Part shown: positions 24,601-39,600 of the stretch, in pieces
Layout of the letters: every line of letters begins with the position of its first letter
Numbering within the stretch: the stretch's first letter is position 1
NCBI GenBank assembly: GCA_001724265.1
Contig: MEDY01000076.1
Coordinates: 62,001-126,000, forward strand
DNA length: 64,000 nucleotides
From: Rhizaria sp. SCN 62-66
Lineage: Eukaryota
Direction: 5' to 3'
The notes under the pieces: model-generated
What the model was told of the DNA's origin: nothing
The model's input: the letters and a program-made list of their open reading frames with translations, nothing else
Databases searched by the model: none
Translations under genes and position numbers: made by a program

Positions 24601-27600
24601 TGGCGGCGGCGCCTGCGCGCGAGCCTGCGCCTGCGCTCGGCCTGTGCCTTGGCCTTGGCCGCGATCTCATCCTCCTTGCGCACCGCGCGCAGCGTCGCGC
24701 GCAGCACCTTCTTGGCGTACCGGCGCTCGCGGGCGGCACGGGCACGCGCGCGGCCGGCCTCGCGCTGCGCGATCTTCTCAGCCGCGGCGAACGCGCGCGG
24801 CCGCAGCAGCTGGAGCTCGGAGATGACCATGAGCAGCGCGGCGCGGGCGCAGACGAGGCAGAGCGACTGCGAGCACGGGTCGCACGTGTGCAGGGACTTG
24901 AGCGCGTTCTCAGTATTGACATCGATGACATTCGCGCTAGCGCTTGCGCCATTCTTGTTTGCATCAGCGTGACTATTGTTGTTGCTGTTCGAATTGGCAG
25001 CAGCGGCAGCGGCGGTGGCAGCGTTGATTGTCGTCGAGACCAGGCACGGCGGCGCGATGGGGACCGGTGCCAAGAGACCCACAGTCACCGGCGCGGTCGC
25101 GTGCAGCATCAGCGCGGTGTCCACCAGCACGGCCACGTTGAGACTCGCCGCGCCCGTGGGCGACGCTGACAGCAGCGACACCGCGGCGCCGGCGTCGCCG
25201 CCGTTGCCGCCCGCGCCGCCGAGTGCGGAGGCCGCGGCCTGCGCGACGCGGCGCGGCGGCGGGAGCGAGCCGATGCCGGGCAGTGCGGGGACGCCGGCGA
25301 GCGCGCGTACGCGGGCGGGCGCGTCCGAGGGAACGAGTGGGAATACGTGCCCGTTGGCGGCGAGCGCGGCGACGGCGGCAGCGACGGAGCCGGCGGAAAG
25401 CACGGGGGCCGACGCTGGGGGGAATGACGAGTCAATCAGGCCGGGCGCAGTGGTGACCGAGGCGTGTGCCGTGGCCGCCTGGCGATGCGCCATCGCAACG
25501 GCGGATGCGCTGGAGCTAGAGCTCGAACTGACCACCACCGCGTTCAAACTGCCGTTGCTACTGCCAGGATTGCTGGCGGCCGCGGCTGCAGCTGCGGCAG
25601 ACTCAGCGGCAAGCGCGGCGGTTGTGGCCGCGGACGTCGCGTTGTTGTGCTCAGTGAGCGCAAGCGTGTACGCAGACACGGATGTGACCGCGCTTGTCAC
25701 AGCGACGACATCGGCGCCAATCGAGCCAGACTTGTTCGGAGACTGAGCCAGCACCATCGACTGCTGCTGTTGCTGCTGTTGCTGCTGCTGAGAGGGCTCG
25801 ATCGGCAGCACGACGCGGTAGATCGGCGGGCAGTCGACGATGTCAGGCTCGAGCCACACCCATGACGGGAACACGCACGCGCCCACGCACGCCGCGCCAA
25901 CGCTCGCACTTGCGCTCGCGGCGGTCGCGTAGTGACCGCAGTCGCACTGGCTATGACCACCGTACGCGGCGTCGACGCCGGTGCGGAGCGCGTAGAGCCG
26001 CGCCGCGCCGTCGTCGTCGCTCGCCATCGCGCGCGCCTTGGCGACGACAATGTCGAGCGGACGGGGGTGCGTGGGCGCGCACAGAGACACGCAGAACAGC
26101 ACGAGCTCGTCCGGCGTGCTGAAGTTAAGCCGCATCGCGCGGAGCCGCGAGAGCAGCGCGTGCGCAGCGGCGGGGACGCCGCCGGCAAGGGTGATCAGCA
26201 AGGCGGCGTGGCCTGCGGTGAGAGTCGAAGGGAACGATGTAAACAGACTGTCGGAGTTGGCAGCTGTAGCAGCAGCCGAGGCAGCGGCAGCGCGCGCGGC
26301 ACGGATCCTTGCGAGCGTAGACGCTTGAGCGCCGCTACTACCGCTTACGTTGTTATTCGCGCTGCTGCTGTTGTTGTTCGAAGCCTGCGACTGCGCGCGA
26401 CGCGCGTTGGCGCGCGCGTTGAGGGCCGACACAATCGCGGGGTCAGCGTAACTCGCCTGCGCAAACACAGCGTCCTCCTCAGTCAGGTCAATCGCGCCCA
26501 CACTGTCGTCGTCAGCGCCAGCGCCGTCGGTGCCGCCAGCGCGCGAGCTCTGCGTCAGCATGTCGGTCAGCAGCGCCTGCAGCACGGAGGGCGTGAACCG
26601 GTCGAGGATGCTGCTATCCGCGGCGGCCACGGCGGCGGCGGCGGCGGCGAAAGCGGCCGAAGTCGAGGCAGAGCCGCCAGACATGTTAGTAGTTGTCAGC
26701 GCAGTGTTGTTTCTGCTGCCGCTGACAGTCGCGTTCGCCGCAGTCGAGGCTGGAGCCAAGTCACGTTGCTCACAGTCGCCACAGCCGATACCGACGAAGG
26801 CGGGGATGTCAGGGCGAGCTGAGGCAGCGACGAGGGTTCCCGCGTTGGTTGTCGCGTGGGCACGAGGAGGCTGTTGGTGATAATTATGGTGGTGGTGGTT
26901 GTGCGGCTGCTGTTGTTGCTGTTGATCACCGGTGGAATCATTACTGTTTGCACTGCTGTGGAAGATGCTGCTGCGAACTGCAAAGCTACTCATACGGTTG
27001 TTGCCGAGCGTGTTCACCTGATGCGATTTAGCGGCTCCAGCGGCTAGGTTGCCGCCGCTAGAGGGCACCGTGATAGCCGTCGAGGTGCTCGGCTCCGAGT
27101 TCGCACTAGCGGCAGGCGGCACGGACGTGACCGAAGCGACCGCGTACGCGTGCGTCGCGGGGACAGCAACGCGCGCAATATCGGTCGCTACCGCGGCAAC
27201 GAGCTGGCCCATCGTGGAGAACTGTGCGCGCGACATCGCCAGTCGGTTGAGCGTGACCGTCAGCGCAATGGGGTTGCCCGCGAGCGTCGTCAGGCGGCAC
27301 AGCCACGCCTCGAGCGCGTGCGCGAGCGTCAGCAGCAGCGCGGGCGCAATCACCGGCGTCTGCACAGTCGCGCTGTCAACGGCCGAGAACGCGTGCGTCG
27401 TCAGCTGCGCCTCGAGCGCGGCAGTCAGCGGGCCTAGCGCGTCCGCGTTCGCGGCGCCCGTGACGGTGGCGCTGGCCAGCGCGGCGGCCGCGGTGGATTG
27501 TGCGAGGAGGCGCGGCGCCGCGATGGTCATGAGCGGCGACTGCGGCACGAGCTCGAGCTGCGAGATGGTCAGCAGCACACTGCTGATCGCCAGCACGGGC

Positions 27601-30600
27601 TGCGACAGCGCCTTGTCGCGGCACCACAGCGGCAGCGACCACGCGGCGCCGTGCTGCGAGCCAAGCGCAAAGACGGGTGCCACGCGCGGCAGCGCCGCCA
27701 GAGAGGCCAGCACAGGCAGCAGCGCGTCCGACAGCGGCGCGGCGGCGACGAGGGCACTGGTAGGCACCGGCATCGGCGCCAGCTCAACGCTCTCGGGCTC
27801 GGCGGCAACCGTGGTGTCGACGGCGGACGCGACTCTCGCTCTAGACGGGGTGTTGGTGTTGCTGACTGATGCAGATGCGGTGGTGCTGATCGTGATCGTT
27901 GTCTTGGGGTAGGCCACAGGGATCGGGTGGTAGAAGTTGTTGCCAAGCGAGCCGATGAACACGATCGCTGTGGGGTCGATGCGGGCGACCCAGCTACCGC
28001 CCCAGCTGCCGCTAACGGCGGCGTTAGCGGGCTGCTTGCCAATTGTAGCACCGTTAGAAGTGGTGCTTGAAGCGGTGTTGCTGTTAATGGTGAGGTCGTT
28101 GAAAGAATAGCTCTCAGCATAAGAGTCGCCAGCATTCATGCCCGGTCCATACCCGTTGATCGACAGATTCGCAACAGAGACATCGCTACCAGAGGCAGCG
28201 GTGGTGTTGCTGGCCTGTGCAACGCGCGCGGGGCGCAGGCGCGAGACCTTGCGCAGCGCGCGGTCAACGGCGGCGTCGTAGTCGGTCACCAAGTCACGCA
28301 GCGCGCGCACCAGCGGCGTGCCGGTGACCGGCTCGAGCGACATGATCGCGAGCAGGGCAGGCGGGGGCGCGCCAGCGCTCACAGTCCCGCTGGCAGCAGG
28401 CAGGATGGGCTGGACACTGCGGCGGGCGCCGTGGGAGTTGTGGAAATCGTTGCCAGCGTTACTGCCGTTGTTTGCAGCAGCGGCAGCGGCGGCAGCAGCG
28501 GCAGAGGCGGACGCGTAGCCAGCCCTGCGCGCAGCGGCATCAGCCTGCTGCTGTTGCTGCTGCTGCGCCAGAAGCTGCTGCTGCCGGTGGTGCGCGCGCT
28601 GCTGCCGCTGCCACGACGCCAGCGCCGCGGCGTGGCCGTCGGCGGCCTCGACGAGAGCGCGCGCCACAGCGACGGTCTGTCGCTGGCGGCGCAGCGCGAA
28701 CGCCTCGTAGGGACCACGGGGCATGGCGCGCAGCTGCGGAACAGCTACACCAGCCCTGATGCCAGCGTTCGCGCCGGTGCCGTTGGGCGTCGCGTCGGCG
28801 GCAGTGTTGGCGGCGCCAGCGGGCGTCGCAGCGCGCGCGCGGTGCAGCGCGGCGCTCAGGTTCGTGGGCGTCGGGCCGAACGCGGGCGTGCCGACAGGGG
28901 TGTCCGCTGCCGAACCCGGCACCGGCGTCACCGCGGCTGTCGCGTTGGCCGAGGTCGCGCCCGTGCCAGTGCCTGTCGCGTTTGCCGCGGCGGCGTCGTT
29001 GCCGCCGGCTGCGGCAGTGTCGTCCTCTTCCTCGTACATGATGTCGGCGGCGTCGGACACGACCGAGGCCGCGATGTCCGCGGCCGTCGCGGCGGCCGCA
29101 GCCTGACTTAGGCAGAGGCGGATCAGGTAGGCCGCCTCCGAGGGCGCGGTGTGCGGGTACAGCGGGCGGCGCGACGGGGTTTGTAGGAACATCGACGACA
29201 CGGGGCACATGGTCTGTGCACGCGCCGAGGCCGAGAAGATCGAGTCGAAGAAGCTGCTCTCGTGCGGTGTGAGCGGCGCAACGCCTGACAGCGCGAGGAC
29301 TCTCGAGTCCGCACCGGCTCTCGCTCTAGAGTTCGCGTCCTCACGGTCGCTGCCGCCGGAGCCGCTGCTGCTGCTGTTGCCAGCGCGAGTGGAGCCGTTA
29401 GAAGTGCTATTGGAGTCGTCCTCAAGGGTCGCCAGCAAAGATGTGGCAGGGGGCAACTCGAGAATGAGTGACTGCGAAGCGACGATAACGCCGAAGCGCG
29501 AGGCCGCAGCCGCATTCATCATGATGTTGCCATCACTGCTGCCCGTCACAGCGTCACCATAAGGAGACGCTGACTTGCTCGCCTTGATCGGCACAGGCGT
29601 GAACACTGTCGCCGCCGCTGCCGCCGTGTCGGTGACGGTGTGTGTGACCGTGGCCCTGGTCATGCTGGTCAGCGGCAGCGGTACGGAGGGCGCCGGGCAC
29701 GCCGCGAGCGCGATCGCGACGGTTTGCGCGGACACGGCGCCCGTGGCCAGCGCGGGCGCGATGACAGGGCCCAGGGGCGTCGAGAACGGGTCCGACGCGG
29801 CGGGCAGCGAGAAGACAGAGCACGAGGGGTGGCTCAGCGCCGTGTGCAGCGAGCGCAGGTGCGCGGGCGCAGTCGAGGCCAGCTGCAGCAGGCGCAGCGC
29901 GAGCTGCTGCGGGCGCGGGGACATGAACCGCTGCATCGCGGGCGCCGAGAACACCGAGTCGTGCGCGGTCAGAGTGCGCGAGTAGCGCGACAGCGCCATG
30001 TGGCTCTGCTTCGCGGCGCTAGCAACGCCCACGGTCTCGGTGCCGGCCTCCACGGCAGCGGTCGCCGCGGCGTTGGCGGCGATGAGAGAGGGTAGCTGCT
30101 GCAGTGTCGGCGGCGTAACAGCAGAGCTGCTCGCTGACGCGGAACTGCTGTTGCTCTGAGCAAAGCGGCGGCCCAAGGCCATCTGCTTCGATAGAGCGCC
30201 AGCCATCTCTTGCACAAACCTCTTGGGCTCCGCAGCACTGACTACGTTGCCAGTCGCAGCCGATGCGGATGGAGGCTGAGGCTTGTGGCCAGACACGGGG
30301 CGCGAGTCTGCGCGAGCGGAGACAACGCCGCGAACCTTCGCCTGCTGTTGCTGCTGCTGCGTGTTCAAAGTCGCAGACGCTGCAGTGCCGTAGCTGCGCG
30401 ATGAGAGGTTGTTGTTCGCAGCGCCGCCGGCGTCCGTGTGCGCGTTGTCCGCCGCGAGCGCGGGCGCGACAGCCGACGTCAGATCGGTCAGGAGCCCGCG
30501 CACAGAGGTGGAGTGGTGCTGGAACCTGGCCCAAGCGACTGCGAGCGCAGCCTCGGTCATCATCATGCCCAGCGCCTGCGCCATAAGCACAGCCAGCCCG

Positions 30601-33600
30601 GGCGAAGGCGATGTCAGCACGATGTACTCGAACGCCGCCTGCGGCCACCGCAGCGCTGCGCCGTCAGTCAGCGGCGGGAACGTGAAGAGCACAAGGCGCA
30701 GCGCGTTGGCGTGCAGGCGCGCGCTGCGGCGCACCGTGGGTGGCGCGCGGACGAGCCAGCCCGCGACGGTGGGCTTGATCACGTAGTGCATCTCCGCCTG
30801 CGGGGACAGTGCAGTGCCGAAGAAGTACGTCGGCGGCGGCGTCAGGAACGGCAGCGGCGGCGGCAGCATCGACGCTGCGGCTGCTGCGAGCCCGGAGGTG
30901 CTGACGGCGGAGGTCGCGGCCGTGTTGAGCGCGTGCCAGAAGGGCGCAGGGGAAAGCAGCGCGAGGGTAGGCGCGGCGGTGGACGCTGCTGCGGTGGCGG
31001 AGGGACCGAGAGTCGAGACAATCGACGCGAACGATGCGGCCGAGGACATCGGGAACACGCCTGGAAGCGCGGCCAGAGACTGCGAGGTCGGCGGCACTGA
31101 GAACACCGATGAGTGGTCACGGTGCAGATACAACGGCAGCACCGTGTTGTTGTTGCTAATGGGGCCCGCCCGCGCAGTGAGAGCGCCAGCGCTGGCGGCG
31201 TTGGAGCGACTATGAGCGGATGATGACTCGGGCGTCGTCGTCGCAGTCGCTGTGAGATTGGCAGCAAAAGTAGCGTAGTCGGCCTTCATCGCAGCAACCG
31301 CAGGCAGCGGCATCGCGGCAGCGACGGCGCAGGCAACGGCGCAGCACGAGAGCCAGTGCGGCAGCGGGCGCAAACACGGCTGCTGCGTCTGCTGCGGCGG
31401 CTGGCCCTTGGTCATAGTGGCGATCGAGCCTGCAGGAGGCGCGAACACGCTCATGATGGCGCCGACAACAGCGTCAGAAAGCTCCCACGATTGTAACTCA
31501 CCGTTCGAGTCCATCGCGTTGCGACCGTTCTCAATTGCGAGTGTGAGAATGTCGACACCAAGCAAAGCTTGCGTCGCGGCAACGCAAGACACGAGACTGG
31601 GACCCTGCAGAGTGCGGTCGATCAGCGCGACCTTGAGCGCAGCTGCACGCGTGTACTGCGGCGCCTGACACATCTTCGGCAGTGCAATGCGGATCGCGGT
31701 TGACAACAGCACCGCAGTGGCAGGCAGCGGCAGCGCTGTGTGCGACAGAGTGCGCAACGGTGTGGCGACTGCGGCAGACAGCGTTGTAATCAGGTGGGCA
31801 ACCGCGGGGGCGGCCGAGGCGAGCGCTTGGTGGAGAGTGACCGAGGACGACTGCATTGCCGGAGGAACAACAACAGCAGCAGGGCGTGTGCCGCTGCCAT
31901 TCGCGCTCGCAGCTGCGTCAGAGCCCGATTGAGCGGTTGCAGCGTTGCTAACTTGCTCATCGTGCAGAGCGCCAGCGTTGCTCGCAACGGAGGCAGGGAC
32001 GACCGCTGTAGACTCGCCGTTACGGTTAGCCATCGCCGCGCTCGACGAAGAGATTGCAGCGACACCCGAGTCGGCGCTGTGCTCGTGAACATCAAACGCA
32101 CCAAACGCGTTATTAGATCCACGGCCGCGCGAGTGGTTGAGCGCAGCGTTGGCCGCAAAGCTTGCGCGGGCCCACTTGCCAGCGGCATCCGCGCGCGCCA
32201 CAGCGGTCGCCGCGGCGGCCGCGGTCGGGGCCAGCGCAGGGTGAACGGCGAGCGCGGTGCTGCTCGCTGTCGTCGCGACCGGAGAGCTAGCATAGGCACT
32301 GGACTTCGCGCTCGCTGAGCCCTGGTGGTGCTGCGATGCCGGCGGATGCGACTGCTGCTGTTGGGGCGCAGTGACGTGCTCCGGGTGGCTGAGGGCGAAC
32401 ACCAGCGCGGCTTGACTTTGCATCCCGCCGCGAGCCACCGTCGCAGCTGCAGCGCGCCGGGCGCGCGCCAGCGCAGGGTGGCTGCGTTCGAGCGACAGCA
32501 CCGTCGCAAGCTCGCGTTGCAGTGCCAGAGGGATGGGTAAGTCCCCCGCGCCAGCGATTAAGTGATTCGCGTGCGTGCCGCCGTCAGCGTTGTCGGCGAG
32601 CGCAGGCGCAGCGGCAACAGCGGGGGCGAGAGCAAGAGAAAGCGCGAGCGGAGTCGTCGCCAGCAGCGCGGCGGCCGCCTCGAGCTCAAAACCGCCCGCA
32701 GCGGCCGCTGAGACAACAGCGTCCGCAGAGGTTGGCCTAATGGCGAGCGATGCGACGGCAGAGTGCGTCGCGGCAGCGGCGGCGGCCGCAGCGGCGGCGG
32801 GCGACGGGTATCCAGTCGAGAAACTGTTGCGGCCGCTGCTCGCGCCTGGCGCCTGCTGTTGCTGCTGCTGGGGCTGCATCTGCTGCAGCTGCAGCGTCGA
32901 CTGTTGCGACTGCAGCGCCTGGTGGGCCGCCGAGCTCGCGCCCGCGATCACGGACGCCGCGGTGGCGCTCACGCCAGCGGGGCCGTGCGGCGTGAACCGC
33001 GCCAGCGGCAGCAGGGCGGCCGCCATGGTTACCGCGGCGGCCGCGGGCGACGGGGCGGCGCCGACGGTCGAGAGCAGCGCCTGCCGCGAGCGCAGCGCAG
33101 TCGCTGTGGCCGCCGCAAGGGCTCCTGTGGTGGCAGAAGCGGCGCGTGAGGCAGAAATCGCAGACTCAGTTGCAAGAAGCGACGGGAGCGTGATGACGTC
33201 AGCGCAGACAAGGGGCGGAAGTGACTGTGGGACGGGAGATGACCACAGTCCGAGCGCAGACACAGCCACAGGACTCGAACCCTTATTGGTACCATTGCTC
33301 TGGAGGCTAGCGATGAGCTGAAGAGCAACGGGCCGCAGTGTCGCGGCGGTGAGCGCGGGCGGCGGCAGTGAGTGTAGCCACGGCCGGTGAATGCTGCGCG
33401 TCATCGACAGCGCAGTCATTACAGTGACCACTCTCGGCTGCTGCTGCTGCTTCTGACTAGTGCCGGCGCTTGCATTGGGGTTGGAATTGCCAGAGGCATT
33501 CGCAGCGTTTTGCAGAAGCGCGATGGCAGTGCGAGTGACAGTTGCAAGGCACTTGGACTCTCCAGAGAAGAGTGCGTAGCTCGACGGGTGATGAAGCGTG

Positions 33601-36600
33601 CTCATGCTTGGAACACCCGCGAACGACGACGTTGACGTCGGTGAGCCTCCAATGGTACTCGCGTTCGACAAAACCGTGACAGACGCAGCAGCCGCGGCGG
33701 CTGAGGCGGCTGCAGCGGCCGCTGCTGCCGATGCTGAAGCAAAGGCTGACGCAGAGGCCGAGGATGACGGCGACAACGGCTGCGAGAACGACACGCGCTC
33801 AACGTTGTTGCTCACATTGCTTGAAAGAGAGTACCAGGTAAACGAGCCGTCACCGCGCATCGCGGGGCCAGGCGCGAACGGCAGAGCCGCCACAGAGGGC
33901 GCGGCGCGCGGGCCGATCGGAAGCGTCGTCGCGCAGGGGTTGTAGCCGGGCGTGGCGATGGCGAGCTGCGGTTGGCCCCATTTGACCGCGACGGGCACGT
34001 GCGTGCCAGCGATGACAACGCTCCCCAGGGCCGCAGCTGCAGCGCCAGGCGCAGGCGCGGGCGCATGTGTCGCAGGAGTGGCAAGCCCAGTCAGCGCGGT
34101 TGCAGCAGCGCGAGCAGAGTGTTGCGAGAGCGCGACGGGTGTGCTGTCAAAACACAGTGCGTCACCAGCAATCAGCAGAGCCGCCGAGGCCTCGCGCGCA
34201 CGGGCAGCGGCAAAGGCGGACCATTGCGCCACAGTGACGTTGCTGCTCACGGTCGCTGGCGCCACTGTGAGACTGGGCAGCAGAGAGGGCACGCGGCCAT
34301 GAGGCAGCGTAGACACAGGGCTGTCAAGAAGACGGTTTCCGAAAGAGTTAGCTGATGCAGATGCAGGAAGAGTGTAACGGTATGAGCCGGCGAAGTCGAG
34401 GGACGTTGTCTTTGCCTTCGTCGTTGTCTTATCCTCCGACACAGAGCTATTGCGTTCGCTATCAGTCTCCACGGCGATGCCGTTTGCGTCGGCCGCAACT
34501 AGGGCCGGGGCGCACTGCCATGAAAGCGCGTTGGGCACAGACGGAGACAGCGGGATCGTCGAGATAACCGCAGTCATCGTCGCGAGGCGCGACACGGGCG
34601 CAAGCTGGTACGAAGACGCAGCCGCGGCCGCAGCCGCAGCGATGGCGGCCGTCGAAGTTGCCGCGAGGCTCGAGAACATCTTCGCCGGGCTACTCTGCAT
34701 GAGCGAGCCGCGGCCATGGCCGCCTGCAGCACCGGCAGTGGTGCTAATGCTGGCGTCACTATGGGATGCGGACGACGATGATGACGACGACGCAGCGAAG
34801 ACTGCAGCAGAGGCCGCAGCAGAGGTCGCCGCTGCTGCAACGGCTTCATCTGCAGCAAGGTCAGCCTCGGCGATTGCTCCGGTGACCTTCTGCCGGGTCA
34901 GGTCAGCGGTTACCTCAGCGGCTACAGCGGCGGCGACTGTCGGCCACACCAGCGGCAGCACGGTCGGCGCGCGCGCGGCGGCGGCGAGAGCGCCAGGGGA
35001 CTGGAACCACGCGGCGCCGAGAGTCAACAGCGCGGGCGCGGCGGTCGCGCTCGCTGCAGCGCTCGTCGCAGCAGCGGCGGCGACTGCGGCTGCGGCAGGG
35101 TGCATTGTCATGCCGCCAGAAGCAGAGCCAACGTTCGCATTAGCTGCAGCACCAACGCCAGAGGCAGCAGATAGCGAGCCTCCACTGGAGTTGCTGCCAT
35201 TATTGACCAGGAACGCCGCGATGCCACCATTACCAGCCGCAGCAGGGTTCGCGACGCTGAACGAGGTCGAACCTGTCGCCGCGGCAGGCAGCAGAGCCGC
35301 TGCCAATGCGTTGGACGACGGCAGCATAACTTGCGCCGACTGAGCCCACTGACATGCGCGCGCAAGCCGGGAAACGAGAGATTGACGACGCGGCCCAGTG
35401 CCAGCGCCGACGTTCACGGCGTTCGCAACGGCCTTTGCCTTCGCGGCCGACGCGGCTGCGGCAGCTGCGAGGCGCTGCGACGGCGCCAGGCGCAGCTGCA
35501 CAGGCGCCAGCGTCGCTGGGCCAGATGCGACGACGCTGGCGCGCGCGCGGGACTCAGCAGACGCGAACGCCGCTTTGTCCGCCGTGATAGCAGCGCTGAC
35601 TGCGGGAGCGGAGTAGCTAAGGCGTGGCGGTGCGGCAACCCAGTGCGAGGGCCAGTCGCAGAGAGCGGAAGACAAACCACCTGCAATCGAAGCAGTTGTC
35701 TGCGGGAGTGCAGCTAACAGAGCAGGTGATGTAAGTGCAACTGTGAGCGAAACACCATCGTTGACCGTGTTTTTACCTGAGCTGTTGCGACTGCGAGAGC
35801 TTGTGGCGGTGGAAGCAGAGGCGGAGGCGAGTGCGTTGGTGAGTGTCGCGAGTGCTGCTTGAGCAGCCGCTGCGGACTGAGCGTAGGTTTGCGGACGCAC
35901 TAAACCATCGTCCTTGTTGTGGAAACCAGAGCTTGAACTACTTGTGCTGCTGGCATTGGCGCTCACTGCAGCGGTCTCAGGGAAGAGCAGCGCGCCAATA
36001 CGTTGCAGCGCGGGCTTCAGCGACTCAGCGTGCAGCTGCAGCAGCGGCAGCAGAGAGCCGGGTGCGGCTGCAACGGAGGCAATAATCGTGTCGTGGGGCG
36101 CCGGCGGCACATATACCGTGGATCCCGCTTGCACAGTGCCGAGAACAGCAGCAGCGCGCGCGCCGAGCGCAGCGGTGACGCTTGCACGGGCGCTAGAACT
36201 GTTGCTGTTGCCTTGAGAGCCAGCGTTGCCGTTGTTCGGGATAATGGAGTTGTTCAGAGGCAATCCGTAGCCGCCTGAATAACCCGTTCCCATCGACATT
36301 GGTGCAGTAGTCGGGGCGTTAGCGGCCGTCTGGAAGCTTAGCCGCATGCCCGAGACACTGAGACGTCCCTGCCAGTCCAGATAGCTGCGTCTAGGGCCCC
36401 GCAGCCCGCGACTTAGGTCGTCGCCAGTGTTGTTCCTGCCAGAGCCAGCAGTAGAGCTCGACGGCAACATGGCGCTGGCGTAGATGCCACTGCCGGTCGC
36501 AGTAAAGCCGGGGCCCGCAGTGCGCAGCAACACCTGGGTCGGCGGTGCGAAACGAAGCAATGCTCGGAGACGCGGGTGTGCATCTGCCATCGCGACAATG

Positions 36601-39600
36601 GCGGAGCCAGGAATGGCAGCGTCGTTCGCGGCTTGTAAAACAGCTGCATTGTTGTTACCGTTGCTGTTAGGCGGGTAACCATAGAACGACGTACGAGCAG
36701 GCAAAGCACCAGCAACTGGACCGCTGGTGCCATTGGCAAAGTCGCCAGAGTCGCTACTACCGGCCGGCAGTCCGCCAGCAGACGAAAAGCTGTTGCCGCT
36801 GTTGGTTTGCGGCAGGAACGCAGCCGCAGCTGCGGGAGTGCCGTTGGCAGCAAACAACAGCGGCAGCGTCGCACCGTGCGTCGCCTCGGCCGTGGTCACG
36901 GGATCGAGCGCGAGACTGGTGACAAAGCTAAGGGCGTGCATGCACTGCACGGCGGCGGCGCGGCACAGCGCGAGCACGGGCTCCTGCAGCAGCAGCGCCT
37001 CGAGCGCCGCGGGCGCCGAGTGGCGGCAGTAGACAGCCGTCGCGAGGTCCGCGGTGGACACAACGCGACGCCGCTCGTGCGCGAGTTGGTGCAGCACGGA
37101 GCCGAAGGCGCGGTGCGCGCGCGAGGCGGCGACCGCCTGCGCAAGCACGGCCGTGCTGGCGGTGAACGTGGCGAGGGGCCGCGGCGGGGACGGCAGCGCG
37201 AGCGCGTGGAGCTGCAGCTGAATCAACGCGGCGAGCTGCGGCGGCGCGGACAACAGCGCCAATTGAGCTCCACCGGCACCCTTGCCGTCGGACGAAAGCA
37301 AGTCAACCGCCTTGTCGACGATGATCTTGGTCGTGATCGCCATCGCGTTCGCGGCCATCGCAGCGCGGCCACCGGCAGCGGTGACAGAGCCAGCTGCGGC
37401 GCCTCCAGCGCTGCCGCGAGCAGTCATCGTGCCGCTGGAGCGAGGCGATGTGGGGCCGTTGGTTGACGGCGCACGCGGAGACAGCTTTGCCTCAACACCT
37501 GCACTGCCACGGGGCGGAAGCTTACGGGGTTGCGAGCTTGTGGACCCAGTGGACAGTGCGTTGCCGGTCAACACGTCTTCGGCGGCGGCCGCTGCGTTGG
37601 CAAGCGCGTTGCGCAGCTCGATTGCGCGGCGCAGCGCAATCTCAAGATCGGTCCGGAGCAGCGCAAGGCCACGGAGCACGGTGTGCAGGTTAGCGCAGAC
37701 GTTGCGCGAGACTGCTTCCTGCGAGAGCAGCCGCGACGTTCCTGGCGTGGCGGCGCCGCGAGCGGCCGCGAGCCCGCTTGATCCGAGACCGGCACCGCCA
37801 GCGAGACTGTTGCGGCGGTGTTGGGCCAGAGCGGCAGCGCCGGGAAGCGGAGACATGCTGAAGATAGAGGGAAGATGTGCCTGTCCGGGCGATTTACCTG
37901 CCTGCGGGATCAGGGGCTCGGCGGAGATTTCGCTCGTCGTGCCATCAAACAGCGGATCCGACTCGGCTTGATATGCCTCACTACGAGTCGCTTCGGTGGC
38001 AAACAGCTGTTCCACCGCATATACAGAGCCGAGCTGACCTGCACAGGCTGCGGCGTCGCGCGAAACAAGGGCGTCGTTGCCGCCTTCGCTTGCAGCGACA
38101 AGCTCGACGAGCGCGATCACGTGCGCGGCAACTGTCGTGATGTCAGACAGCGCCGAAGTGAGCGTGCCGATACGAGCAGAGAGATACGCAACGAGCGCGC
38201 GGTCCGAGGGGATGCTCACGGTCACCTGGACCGAGCCGGGGGGCAGCGCAGCGCCGGGGACGTGTGGGCGCACTCCAGTCAGCAGCGCGGCAGTGGCAGA
38301 GCCGGTCTCGCTAACAGCAGTTCCGGCGCTGGCGCCAATGCCGGCGCAGCCAGAAGAGGAAGATACGCTTGAGCTAAGCGCAGATACGATGTTATCGCAC
38401 TGTGCGTTAGCAAAACCAGTCAACAGGGCGATGTGCGGATGCAGTGCTGCAGCCACTTCGTCAACAGGATTGCTCTCAGCGGCGCCAGCAGCAGCGATCG
38501 CAGACGCAGCAGCGGGGCCAGACAGGGGAGTACCGGGGCCAAAGGCAACGCGGGTGGAGGCTTGCTTGCTGACAGGACGTGGCGTTGCGCTCGCGTTTGC
38601 ATTTAAACCAGCGTTTTTGTTCGAGTTGTCCAAGTCAGCTTCAGGGCCGGTTCTAGATACAGCTGCACCGACGGCGGCAGCAGCGGCGGCCACAGCGGCA
38701 AACGACGCCTTCGGTGTTGTCATTGGTGCCATGTACGGTGACGCAGCGATGAGTGCGCCGCCACCACGTGCTGCTGCATTAGCAGCCGCGGCTTGCTGCG
38801 CAACAGCAAACTCACCGACGCCGTAAAGGCGGTGCTTGATGACATCGTTACGCACTGTTGCGGCAACGTTAGACGTCATGACAACTTCGAGAGGATCCGC
38901 TGAGGCGGCGACGTCGAGAAGAGGACGCCTCAGGTGAACCAGACGCAGTGCTGCGAGCAGGTCAGCTGCGCAAGAGAATGTGAGGCCGCCAGCACGGAGT
39001 TCCCAGAGGGCGGCGCGCGGGTCGCAGAGAGGGCGCACCGGTAAAGGACGAACTCTCCGCGGCATAACAACGCTGGCAGGGCTTGTGGTGGAGCGCTTGC
39101 TGCTGCGAGGACTGCTTGCCGTTACGTTAGTGCTGACCAAATAGGTGTAAGAAAGGTGCACAACAGAATCCAAGTCCGAGTTGTTGTGATCGATGTTCGT
39201 GATTGATGTGATCGCAGTAGTGCTGAGCTTGGCAACGTTGTTGTCACTGCTGTCGTGACCCCACTGGCGCAGCGCGAGCGCACACAGCACGCGCGCGCTC
39301 ACGCAAGCACCACCGACGCTCTCGCTCACGAGCGCTGCGTACGCACGCGGCACAAGCCATCCAGCGACTGTGGCCTGCGGTGAGTGACCGTGGACAGATG
39401 GCTGGGCTGCCGAAGCACTGGTGGCAACCAAACCGGAGTAGGGCGCGGGATCAGAGAGCGGCAGGACAGACGACTCAGCGAGCAAACGACGACGGGTGCG
39501 GCGCAGCTGGCGACGGCGTTTATTCTCGCGTTCAGCAAGCGCAACCGGCGAGAGTAGTTGCTGTTGCTGCTGTTGTTGAGCCTGCTGCTCCTGCTCCTGT

